DNA of 64,000 nucleotides from a virus (Duplodnaviria; Caudoviricetes), in IMG/VR virus record IMGVR_UViG_3300033121_001619, positions 62,320 to 126,319 of that record; one strand, written 5' to 3'. The notes below the pieces were generated by a model that was given only the letters and a program-made list of their open reading frames with translations, was not told the origin of the DNA and ran no database searches. This document shows positions 41,227 to 51,530 of the stretch, one piece after another. Position 1 is the stretch's first letter; each line of letters opens with the position of its first letter. Position numbers and translations under genes: made by a program.

Positions 41227-44200
41227 ATGTCAAGCGGTAGGACTTCGAGGTCGCTGTTCCAGCGGCTCACGACCCTTTTCAGGTCGGGAAACGTCGCGAA
41301 GCAGAAGATCAGGACGCTCGACACGTCGGTCGCGTCGCCCGATAAGACGAAGAGCAGCGGCGCCATCATGTTCCAGAAGTCCGCGTCGCCGACGTACGCC
41401 AACATCACGGCGAACGCGTACAACCTCTCCGAGCGCCTGATGAGGTATCAGGATTTTTGCTTTGGGCGAGAGACTCTCGTGTACACGCTCGACGGTGTCT
41501 TTACGATCGAAGAACTGTCGAAGATGTATCCGAAGGGAGAACAGTTCTTCGTTTACTCTTACGATCACGAGAAGAAGACGCCCACGATCGGTACGGCTTT
41601 TTTCCCAAGAGTCGCAAACGGAGGTGCACCTTCGAAAGTCTGCAAGGTGACGTTTGACGACGGAGGTCACGTCTTCCTCACACCCGATCACAGAGTGATT
41701 CTACGTGATGGTACTGCCAAGGAGGTACGTGACCTTCGCGTAGGGGACAGTCTCATGCCGCTATACGTGAAAGACATCACGGGGCATGGATACAACTGGA
41801 TCTACATGCTTGGGAAGAAGACGAACTTCAAGAGCGGGTGGCTTCAGGAGCACGTATTTGTTGCGTCTCATTTCGATAGAGAGCCGCGCTCAGGTGAATG
41901 CGTTCATCACAAGGATTTCAACAGGAAGAACAATCATCCATCCAATCTCGTGGTGATGAATGAATCAGATCACCAAAAATATCACGCCCAGCTCAACAAC
42001 AAGAACAAGCGTGGAATACCGAATCAACGTCATTCTGATTGGATGCGTACCAACGGCAATCGACGACGTGACGTAACCTTTCAGTCGATCGTGTCGGCGT
42101 GTCTTGCTCAGGATACGTTGACGCTGGCAGACATCGTGAGTCACTTCGATACTGATGTCAATGCGATCAAATTGCGTCTCAAAGAAGCCGGATTTCGGAA
42201 TTGGGAAGACTTCGAGAGTAGATTCGATGAAGCTCAGAGAATCGCCACGCACGAAATCGTGGTGAAGGAGACGAGGACTCCCACGGTAGACGAAATCGTC
42301 GAGGTGGCAAAAGTCGCAGAGACTGTCGAAGAAGCTGCCAGTCGCCTATCGTGCACACGCAATGCCATTGGACGACGATTGCAATCGTTGGGTTACAAGA
42401 ATTGGACAGAGTACAAGACTGGAATCCCGTATTCAGGAAAGAAGCGCGGTCCCAAATACGACGGTCCGTCTTTTCAGGTCATCTGTTCCGAATATAAGCC
42501 CGGAATGACCAAGCTGGAATTGGCAGCTGCGTGCGGAACGTCACACAATAAGGTGATGACATGTATTCGTGCGAACGGCTATCACAATTACTCCGATTGG
42601 GTCAATTCATTCAATAACCACAAGGTCAGCTCGATCGAAGAGTGCGGAGAAGACGTCGTCTATACCGTGACTGTTGAAAAACATCACAACCTTGCTGTTG
42701 GTTCGATATCACCAAATGACGATGGTCGTCGCCCACACTCAATGATATTCTGTCATCAGTGCGAGATGGAGTATACGCCCGAGATAGCTAGCGCCCTCGA
42801 CATATACGCGGATGAGGCGTGTCTGTCGGGAGACTCCGTCATACCCCTCTTGAATGGGACGCGTCGAACCATCGCCGACCTATACGCAAACGATGCGAAG
42901 GATTTCTGGGTCTATTCCTACGACCTCGAGAGGAACGCGATCGTACCCGGGAAAGCCACTAGCGTCGTTCGAACGGGGACCAAGCAGCTGTTTCGAATCG
43001 AAATGGATGATGGGACTTTCGTCAGACTGACGGACAACCATCGAGTCCTGTTGAGTTCGGGTGAGTACGTCTTCGTCAGAGACCTGAGGGAGGACGACAG
43101 CATTCGTTCTCTGTACACCTCGACGTCGAGCAAGAAGGTCGGCGATAAGATTGACGGGTACGAAAAAGTCCTGACTAGCGAGGGCTGGAAGTTCACACAT
43201 CGTCTGATTGCCGAATTCGATGATCCGAATTCGTCGGGAATCGTTCATCACGTCGACTTCGACAAGCGCAACAACTCACCGGAGAACCTGAGGTTCATGA
43301 CGTGGAAGGATCACCTAGACCTTCACGGATCTGCCAACGTAGAGAGGTGGAAAGACGACTCCTACTCTCAAAAGATGCGCGACGTATTCCGCGATAGGGC
43401 AAAAAGGTTGCATATGCAACCTGGATTCACGCGACATCTCCTCGCCATGAGAGATGCGAAATTTTCATCGTACGACGCTGATGAACGTCGTCGTCTGTTT
43501 GCACGATCAGGTGCGCACAACGGCATGCATGGCAATGGTTGGAAGATTTCGGGCATCAAAAATGGGCGCTGGGATGAGAGATTCGTAAGAAGGGTGACAC
43601 GCGAACAGATCATCGAATGGATCGAATCGGGAAAATCCAAGCGTCAGGTGTGTGACGAATTGCCAATGCGCCACGACGACATGACGCGCCATCTAAGGCA
43701 GTATGGGATAAAGAAGTGGACGAAGAAAAATGTCATAGATCAGTCTGACGTCATGCAGAAGCTGGGTTCATGGAGAGGACGCCAGCCGTGTGGATTGGAT
43801 CTACGACGTCATTTGAAGAGGGCGTGCGCTGATATCGACATAGACGTCGACGTTGCATATCGTGCATTGAAACTAACGGGATATCGCAATTGGAGCGATT
43901 TTCTGGAGAGAACGAATCACAGGGTGAAATCCATCGTTCCGGACGGTGTCGAGGACGTGTACGATATCACTGTCGATCGTTGGCATAACTTCGCTGTGAC
44001 GGGAAGTCCCATTGCCGATTCCTTCGTGTTCGTTCACAACTGCTCAGTCGACGAGAAGGGCCAGGTGCTGCACGTCTACTCCGACAACCCGAAGATCAAG
44101 GACGCGCTCGAGCATCTCTTCTACGACAACCTGAACGTCGGATTCAACCTCCGGTCGTGGACTCGTAACACGGTCAAGTACGGCGACCTGTGTCTCTACA

Positions 44201-45762
44201 ACGACGTGTCGCCCGAGTACGGCGTCATCAACGCCGTCCCGATCCCCATCAACGAGATCGAGCGCGAGGAGAACTACGACCCCAACGATCCTCTCGCCCA
44301 TCGATTCAGGTGGGTGACCAACGGAAACAGGGTCCTGGAGAACTGGGAGGTGTCGCACTTCCGCCTCCTGGGCAACGACATGTTCCTGCCGTACGGCTCG
44401 TCGGTCATCGAGGCCGCGAGGCGCATCTGGAGGCAGCTCATCCTGGTCGAGGACGCCATGCTCGTCTACAGGATCGTCAGGGCTCCGGAGCGCAGGGTCT
44501 ACTACATCGACGTGGGCAACATACCTCCGGCCGACGTGGAGCTCTACATGGAGGAGCAGAAGAAGCGACTCCGATCGTCTCAAGTCGTCGATAGGACGTC
44601 GTCGAGGGTCGACCTGAGGTACAACCCGCTGTCGATCGACGAGGACATCTTCGTCCCCGTCAGGGGACAGGACACCGGGACGAAGATCGAGACGCTGGCC
44701 GGCGGACAGAACGCCGCGGCGGTCGAGGACGTCGCCTACATCCAGAAGAAGCTGTTCGCGGCCCTCAAGGTGCCACGGGCCTACCTGGGATACGACGAGA
44801 GCCTCAGCTCGAAGTCGACGTTGGCCCAGGAGGACATACGTTTTTCTCGCACCATCAACACCATCCAGCGCACGATGATAGCCGAGCTGAATAAACTGGC
44901 CATCATCCACCTGTACGTCCACGGGTTCGACGACGACGACCTCCAGAACTTCGTCCTCCGGATGTGCAACCCGTCGACCATAGCCCAGCAACAGAAGCTC
45001 GAGCTGTGGCGCGCCAAGTTCGAGTTGGCCGGTTCGGCCCCCGAGGGATACGCCAGCAAGGACTTCGTTCGAAAGGAGCTGTGGGGACTCAACGACGAGC
45101 AGTGCAAGATGATCGACGAGCAGCGTCTGAAGGAGAAGATGGTCGATGCTGCCATCGAAGGGGCCACGTCGGGAGAGTCCGAAGGCGGCGACATGGGCCT
45201 AGGCGACCTGGGAGGCGAAGAGACTGAGGAGCCCGCCGGTGGAGAGGAAGCAGGCGGAGAGGAGCTGACGGCCGGCGACGACGTCGACGAGAAGGACGGC
45301 AAGGACCTCCTGACCGCCGGCGACGACGTCGGAGACGACGACGAGATTCCCATCAAGTTCGACCTCGACGACGTCACGGTCCCCGTGAAGGCTCAGCGTC
45401 AGCTCGACAAGGCCCTGTACGATCGAGCCAGGATCAAGCACGGCGGACCTGCGAAGACTCACATGCCCGATTTCGCGAAGATGACGGGCGCCGGCAGCAA
45501 GCGTGACTCCGACCCGTTCGACAGCGAGTTCCTGTCGTCGTTCGCCAGGAATCAGTTGGGAGAGTCCGAGTCCAGGACGACTCACAGGACGTCGGTCAGC
45601 CTCGACACGGTGCACATGCTTCGTAAGATGGCCGAGTCGCCCAAGTTCGCCAAGAGTCCGGGCAGGTCGATCTCGTCTCCTCGCGTCATCGTCGAGGAGG
45701 TCGAGGACGTCCCTGATCAGCGAGAGTTCGACGAAGTCTACGTCATAGACGAGGACGAGTTA
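41227..45762 (+). CDS. Portal protein, T4 gp20-like, with two inteins (ends at TTA)
   Basis: PEIASALDIYADE, EDAMLVYRIVRAPERRVYYIDVGNIP, TKIETLAGG, KKLFAALKVP; GAGGTG RBS; about 670 aa after splicing. Confidence 0.93.
41458..42759 (+). mobile_element. Portal intein 1 (434 aa), HNH endonuclease, ends His-Gln
   Basis: Starts CFGRET; block B TPDHRV; HHKDFNRKNNHPSNL; block F VYTVTVEKHHNL; ends FCHQ|C. Confidence 0.9.
42820..44040 (+). mobile_element. Portal intein 2 (407 aa), HNH endonuclease
   Basis: Starts CLSGDS; TDNHRV; HHVDFDKRNNSPENL; VYDITVDRWHNF; ends VHN|C. Confidence 0.92.
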
Positions 45763-45811
45763 TGTATCCCAGGGACTCGTGAACCGAGTCCCATCGAGAG
45801 GAATGGTCGAG

Positions 45812-48412
45812 ATGAGACACAACAAGAAGAGAAACGCGCTCCTGGTCTATGAGTTCCTCGTCAAGACGATATCCCGCGGGATAGTCGAGGGAGACGAGAA
45901 GATGAGCGCCACGGCCCTCAAGGTGCTCAAGCGTTTCTATAGACCGGGTACGGAGCTCTACAAGGAGTTCCGCATCATGCGAGCCATCGCCAAGACGACC
46001 GTGAGGTCGGAGCGAGCCGCGTCGACGATCCTCACGGAGGCCCGGAAGGCCTTGTCGGAGATCGACGCCGCGATCGTCGATCGTCAGAAGTCGAACCTGG
46101 TGTCCCAGATCAATCGGACGATCGGCGACCCAGACTTCTACGATCAAGAGGTCCCGGGATACCGTGACTACGCGTCCATTCAGTCGATGGTCAACGAGTG
46201 GAGACACGAGACTCCCGACATCGGACGCATGGGCCAGCACGAGGACGACGTCGTGAAACTTCTCATGACGGAGAAGGTCGATCACGACGTCGAGGTCGAC
46301 ACCGAGGGACTGGGTACGACGAGGCTCGTCATGAAGGTCATGACGAGGAAGCTGAACGAGAAGTACGGGACGGCCTTGACGGAGCACCAGAGGGGGATCG
46401 TTCGAGCGTACGCCTACTCGACGGCCGTGCACTCCGACGACACCCTGAGGATGAAGTTGGACAACGTCAGGGGAGAATTGACGACAGAGATCGACAAGAC
46501 GCTCTCGTCCGACGTCCCGGGAGGTGACTTCGTCGGAAGGAAGCTGGTCGAGGTTCGGTCCATCGTCTCGTCCGACTCCTCGCTAGGATCCGACGACGCG
46601 GTCATGAGGCACATGACGTACGCGAAGTTGCTCAATGAGCTGCGTTCGTCCGACGTCTCGATCGTCACAGAGTCGACCGGTCACAAGCTTCCTCCGCCGG
46701 CTTTCACCGACCCGAGTCTTCTCACCTCCTACGACGTGTTCGAGTACAGCGTCGATCAGGTGAGGGAGTCGAAGGAGAGGAACGCAGGAAAGATCATCCT
46801 GAAGGGAATCCTCCAGAAGGCCGACACCCTCAATCAGAACGGCAGGATATACCCGCTGGCCGTCCTCGAGAGGGAGGTCCGAAACTACCAGAAATTCATA
46901 AGCGAGTCTCGCGCCCTGGGTGAGTGCGTCCCTCCCGGAACTGAGATCTATACACGCGATGGGTGGAAGAGGATCGAGGACATCGCGGAAGACGAGGTGA
47001 TCTTCACTCTCAACACCGAGAGCAATGAGACACAGCTCCAGAGGATCTCTCGCAAGGTCGTCCTTCCCTATGATGGTAAGATGTACCGGTTCCGGAACCA
47101 TCGGTCGTACGACATGTGTCTGACCGCAAACCACAAGATGCTCATGTGGGACAGGAACAACAAGCCATACACGCTCACAGCAGAGGAATTCTACGAGAAG
47201 AACAGCAAGAGAGACTCACGCGTGTCCCATTCGTCTCTTCGAAGGGCCGGTGGGACCTGGCGAGGCGAGGAGCCGGAGTTCTTCACGCAGCTCTCTCCGA
47301 AGTATCCCAATATCGACACGCGACTTTGGGCTGCATTCTTGGGCATCTATCTGGCTGATGGGTGCGCCTCTGGTGTCAACAATCCGGAGATGAGCAAACT
47401 CAAGACGATCCAGATCACGCAGAAAGATCCCGACGTCAAGGCGTGCATCGAAGACCTCCTGTCGAAACTACCCTTCGAGTACCAGGCGACACCTCGTGCT
47501 GATGGTGAGACATTCGATTACAAGATAAAGTGTGACGTCTTGCACTCACACCTATTGCCCCTGGGAAACTCGAGAAGCAAACACGTCCCACTCTACACGA
47601 AGGGGTGGACTTCAGAGATCCAAGGAATCATGCTCGAGTGGATGCTGATGGGTGACGGTCGTCACAGGAAGACTGGCGACGGTGAGATCATACCGGAGTA
47701 CACGACAACCTCGAAAAAGCTTGCAGCGGACGTCGAGGAGATAATGTTCAAGCTGGGTCACGGCGCGACCATCCACGTCTGGGATCGTTCGGAGGATAGG
47801 CCAAGCCCCGATCCGGGAAGGATGATCCTGGGAGAGAATTGCGCCGACATGAACATCGTGTATCAGCACTCCTCGAAGAACATCGGGCTTGACATGAGAT
47901 TCATGAAATCCGAAGTCTTCGATTACAAGGGAGACGTTTTCTGCGTCACCGTGCCGAACGGTACGTGGCTCATGAAGTACAACGGTAAAGTCTGTTGGAC
48001 TCATAACTGCGACCACCCAGATAGTTCCGTCGTGTCCCTCAAGAATGCCTCGCACCTCATCAGGGAGGCCTACATCGACGACGGTGTCGTGTATGGAACT
48101 GTGGAGATCCTCCATCGCGTGCCGTCGGGAGCCATCTTGGCGGGACTGATTGAGTCGGGCGTGAAGTTGGGTATATCCTCGAGAGGAGTGGGATCGACGA
48201 AGAGCAAGGACGGCTATCAAGTCGTCTCCGACGACTTCCAGTTGATATGCTGGGACTTCGTGAGCGAGCCCTCGACACCGGGAGCGTTCATGATACCCGA
48301 GGGCAAGAAGCTGGACGGAACTCGCCTGGCAGAGGAACTCAGCGTCATTTTCAACAAGTCCGATAGGATCGACAGGGTCCTGAACGAGATCCTGTACACC
48401 GGGAGAGTCTGA
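45812..48412 (+). CDS. Prohead protease, T4 gp21-like, with long N-terminal domain and one intein
   Basis: GILQKADTLNQNGRIYP, RALGE|CDHP, LGISSRGVGS, WDFVSEPSTPGA. Confidence 0.9.
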   Translation: MRHNKKRNALLVYEFLVKTISRGIVEGDEKMSATALKVLKRFYRPGTELYKEFRIMRAIAKTTVRSERAASTILTEARKALSEIDAAIVDRQKSNLVSQINRTIGDPDFYDQEVPGYRDYASIQSMVNEWRHETPDIGRMGQHEDDVVKLLMTEKVDHDVEVDTEGLGTTRLVMKVMTRKLNEKYGTALTEHQRGIVRAYAYSTAVHSDDTLRMKLDNVRGELTTEIDKTLSSDVPGGDFVGRKLVEVRSIVSSDSSLGSDDAVMRHMTYAKLLNELRSSDVSIVTESTGHKLPPPAFTDPSLLTSYDVFEYSVDQVRESKERNAGKIILKGILQKADTLNQNGRIYPLAVLEREVRNYQKFISESRALGECVPPGTEIYTRDGWKRIEDIAEDEVIFTLNTESNETQLQRISRKVVLPYDGKMYRFRNHRSYDMCLTANHKMLMWDRNNKPYTLTAEEFYEKNSKRDSRVSHSSLRRAGGTWRGEEPEFFTQLSPKYPNIDTRLWAAFLGIYLADGCASGVNNPEMSKLKTIQITQKDPDVKACIEDLLSKLPFEYQATPRADGETFDYKIKCDVLHSHLLPLGNSRSKHVPLYTKGWTSEIQGIMLEWMLMGDGRHRKTGDGEIIPEYTTTSKKLAADVEEIMFKLGHGATIHVWDRSEDRPSPDPGRMILGENCADMNIVYQHSSKNIGLDMRFMKSEVFDYKGDVFCVTVPNGTWLMKYNGKVCWTHNCDHPDSSVVSLKNASHLIREAYIDDGVVYGTVEILHRVPSGAILAGLIESGVKLGISSRGVGSTKSKDGYQVVSDDFQLICWDFVSEPSTPGAFMIPEGKKLDGTRLAEELSVIFNKSDRIDRVLNEILYTGRV
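46925..48007 (+). mobile_element. Intein (361 aa) with LAGLIDADG homing endonuclease
   Basis: Starts CVPPGTEI; TANHKM; FLGIYLADG and WMLMGDG; VFCVTVPNG; ends THN|C. Confidence 0.92.
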
Positions 48413-48413
48413 G

Positions 48414-48839
48414 ATGAAGATCACGAAATCGTACCTCAAGGACGTAGTGAAGGAGTGTCTCCTGGAGATACTCCAAGATGGTCTGGTTGAGACCCAGAGA
48501 ATGCAGGAGTCGAGGAGAGGTCAACACACGGGTCTAGGGAATAGACCTATTTCGACGTCCTCGCCTAGACCCGTTCCGACTAGACGACAGGCTCCTCCTC
48601 CTCAGCCGTCTCCCGTCAAGTTCACGGGACCCATGGCTGACATCTTCGAGGACACGGCGAGAACTACTCTCGTGGAACAGATGAATGCTGGAGACCCGAT
48701 GTCTCATCGTCCCTCCTTGCAAAATCAAGCCATGCCTCAGGTCGAGCAGATTCGCGGGAATCCCGAGGACATCTTCGGCGACGCAGCCGTCGAGCGATGG
48801 GAGAGCTTGGCGTTCATGGGGCCTCCCGGTCAATCGTGA
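48414..48839 (+). CDS. Hypothetical head-region protein
   Basis: Leader MKITKSYLKDVVKECLLEIL. Confidence 0.7.
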   Translation: MKITKSYLKDVVKECLLEILQDGLVETQRMQESRRGQHTGLGNRPISTSSPRPVPTRRQAPPPQPSPVKFTGPMADIFEDTARTTLVEQMNAGDPMSHRPSLQNQAMPQVEQIRGNPEDIFGDAAVERWESLAFMGPPGQS

Positions 48840-48888
48840 CGACTGTTTTCGCGGGATTTGATACGTAAGGGTCAGAGAGGAAGAAGAG

Positions 48889-49131
48889 ATGAAGCTCACC
48901 GACAGACTCCTGAAGAAGATGATCGAAGAGGAGTTGACCAAGCTCACCGAGACCGATGAAGTCGACGCCGAGGCCGAGGAGGTCGAGGCGGGCGATGAGG
49001 CCTCGACCCTCGAGAAGAAGATCGACTTCATCAAGGCGCTCAAGATCGAGGAGGCACGCCTCAATAAGCGCAAGCGCAAGATCAACGAGGCGCTTCTCAA
49101 GCTGGGTGCTCGTGGAAGGAGCCGTAGATGA
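48889..49131 (+). CDS. Small head-region protein
   Basis: Leader MKLTDRLLKKMIEEELTKLTE. Confidence 0.7.
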   Translation: MKLTDRLLKKMIEEELTKLTETDEVDAEAEEVEAGDEASTLEKKIDFIKALKIEEARLNKRKRKINEALLKLGARGRSRR

Positions 49132-49730
49132 GCGGTCCTGGCAAGGGAAGGTACACGACGTACGTCCCGAAGGCCTCGGCGCGTAACGCTCGTCTCAGCA
49201 AGCTCTTCAACGAGCAGGCCGAGAACGACGCCGGCGTCCTGTACGGTGCTCCTGGGCAGACGAACAACTCGGACGCTGCCAAGGCGGCTGTCGCTCGAGC
49301 CGTCGCGCCTGTCGTGAACGGTGTGGGTGGTCTCATTCCGTCGGACGGACGTCAAGTCGGCGATCCGGACATGTTTCCGGCCGGCGTCAACTTGGCCTAT
49401 GGAGACGCCCCTGACGTGTCGAAGGTCGAGTGGAAGCAGAACTCCGACGCGATTCGCGTCAACATCTACGGCGACGCCGCGGTGGAGGCAGGAGGACCTG
49501 CCAACGCTTACTCTCCCGATCCCACTTCGCCTGGCGCGGGGCCTGCCGGATCGATCAACGTCGATCCGCTCTCCAAGGACGCCGATCCCGGGATATCGAT
49601 CGACGACATGAAGCCAGGATACATCCCGGGCGCCCCCGGCACCGGCACGACCAATCCCTCGGTGACCAGCAAGGGTCTGGGAACGTCACCTTTCGCGAAG
49701 GACTTGATTCCCGGCAAGTCGTCGGTCTTA
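49128..49730 (+). CDS. Gly/Pro-rich hypothetical virion protein (ends at TTA)
   Basis: TTA at 49728 is followed by the AGGAG RBS and ATG 49745 of the next gene. Confidence 0.7.
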
Positions 49731-49744
49731 TCAGGAGAATGTGA

Positions 49745-51499
49745 ATGCCTAAGGAGCTTTACGAGGAGGCGATCGCCGACGTCAGGAGACTGAAGGAGGT
49801 CGCCGAGAACAACGCGAAGAAGGCGGTCATCGAGGCCGTCACTCCACGGATCAGGGAGTTCATCGAAGCCCAGCTCATGGGAGTCGAACAGCCTGTCGAT
49901 GACGAAGACGACATGCTGCTAGACGCGGATCCCGTCGCTCCGGTGACGGAGCCTGGCGACTCGGAGTCGATCGATTCGGTCTCCATGCCCGACGAACAGG
50001 GAAAGGTCACGCTCGATCTTGACGGACTCACTTCGGGTGATCCGGAGGACGAGATAGAGCTCAGTCTCGAGTCGTCCAATTCCCTATCGACGTCCAAGAG
50101 GGACGTCATCGCCGAAGTTGAAGCGAGAGTCAAGGACCTGACACGTGCGACGAATAAGCTCGTCGATGCGACGCGTTCGATCGGACTCACTCGCGGTCTC
50201 AAAGAGGACGTCGAGAAGGTCGTTTCAGAAGTCAGGGATACGTATGGACAAGTTCAAGACAACGTGCGACCCTCCGCAAGGAGGTCCGTTGTCGAGGAAC
50301 GTCTGGAGAGACTTTACAGGACGCTGAATGAGCTTTCGGAGCGAAGAGACATGAAGAACAAGAAGCGGATCGCCGAGGCCGATGTGAATCTCAAGTTGTC
50401 CGGTCTCCCGGACGAAGTCGAGCTAGATGACCTCGGCGTGCAGCTCTCGTCCGACGAGGGTGGAGACGAGGACCTCGATCTCGATGGTGATGAAGGCGGC
50501 GAGGACGCGAGCGGAGACGAGGACCTCGATCTCGACGTCGACCTCGATGACGAGTCCGGCAGCGACGCCGAAGCCGAAGGCGAAGACGACGAGGTCGTCG
50601 AGATCGATGAGTCGGCACTCCGTAGAGAGCTCTCGCGCATCAAGAAGGTTCGCGAGGGAGTCGAGGGGACGAAGCCGGCGTCGTGGGGTCACGGTCCTGG
50701 CGACGTGTCGGACGACTTCGAGGACGAGGACCTGGGTGATCCACTGGAGGACGTCAAGCTCAACGAGGCCGACGACGAGGACGATGAGTCGTGTCTCGAG
50801 GACGCTCCGGCCGGCGATGACGAGAGTGAGACCCAGATGGAGTCTCAGATCAGGCGCGAGAAGCGCTTCGTCGAGGCGGCCAAGCGGCGTCTCGTCAATC
50901 TGAAGGCACGCTACGTGGAGGCTGCTCGCAAGATGAAGCACTTCACCGAAGCGAAGAAGCGTGCTCGCAAGTCGGCCGAGGTGAAGGAAGCCGAGGCGGC
51001 CATGCGCAAGGCCAACAAGATGCAGAAGGAGCTGCAGGAGTCGTTCGGACGAACCCAGGAGCTCCTGCGAGAGTCGGTCTCTCGCGTGAATAAGATGCAA
51101 CGCCTCGTCGAGGCGAAGAAGAGCGGACTCGTGAACGAGGCTCGCAATGGGAAAGCGGATGACTCCCAGAAACTCCGCCAGAAGTTGACGGAAACGAACC
51201 TGTTCAACACGAAGCTCATCTACACGAACAAGCTCCTCCAGAACGAGTCTCTCACCTCGAAGCAGAAGTCTGAGGTGGTGAAGAGGCTCGACGAGGCGAA
51301 GTCGCAGCGTGAGGTGAGGCTAGTCTACGAGGCCCTGGTCAACTCCTTCAAGGCGACGTCCGCACCTCTGCGGGAGTCGACCGACAGGGGTGTTGCTGGT
51401 TCCTCGTCGCGTACAACGAGACCTGCCGGATCGAATGCTCCCGTCAACGAGGGCATCGACACGGATCGCTGGGGTCTCCTGGCTGGCATAACGAAGTGA
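49745..51499 (+). CDS. Prohead core/scaffold protein
   Basis: Very acidic, coiled-coil, directly upstream of the capsid gene; ends RWGLLAGITK. Confidence 0.75.
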   Translation: MPKELYEEAIADVRRLKEVAENNAKKAVIEAVTPRIREFIEAQLMGVEQPVDDEDDMLLDADPVAPVTEPGDSESIDSVSMPDEQGKVTLDLDGLTSGDPEDEIELSLESSNSLSTSKRDVIAEVEARVKDLTRATNKLVDATRSIGLTRGLKEDVEKVVSEVRDTYGQVQDNVRPSARRSVVEERLERLYRTLNELSERRDMKNKKRIAEADVNLKLSGLPDEVELDDLGVQLSSDEGGDEDLDLDGDEGGEDASGDEDLDLDVDLDDESGSDAEAEGEDDEVVEIDESALRRELSRIKKVREGVEGTKPASWGHGPGDVSDDFEDEDLGDPLEDVKLNEADDEDDESCLEDAPAGDDESETQMESQIRREKRFVEAAKRRLVNLKARYVEAARKMKHFTEAKKRARKSAEVKEAEAAMRKANKMQKELQESFGRTQELLRESVSRVNKMQRLVEAKKSGLVNEARNGKADDSQKLRQKLTETNLFNTKLIYTNKLLQNESLTSKQKSEVVKRLDEAKSQREVRLVYEALVNSFKATSAPLRESTDRGVAGSSSRTTRPAGSNAPVNEGIDTDRWGLLAGITK

Positions 51500-51530
51500 A
51501 CGTGGACAGGATCGAAACGGAGAACGTCAG

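Noticed and set aside
40822-45852. 1676 aa single giant portal ORF in the ORF track
   Set aside because: It results from reading TTA at 41194 and 45760 as Leu; the portal has its own RBS and ATG at 41227.
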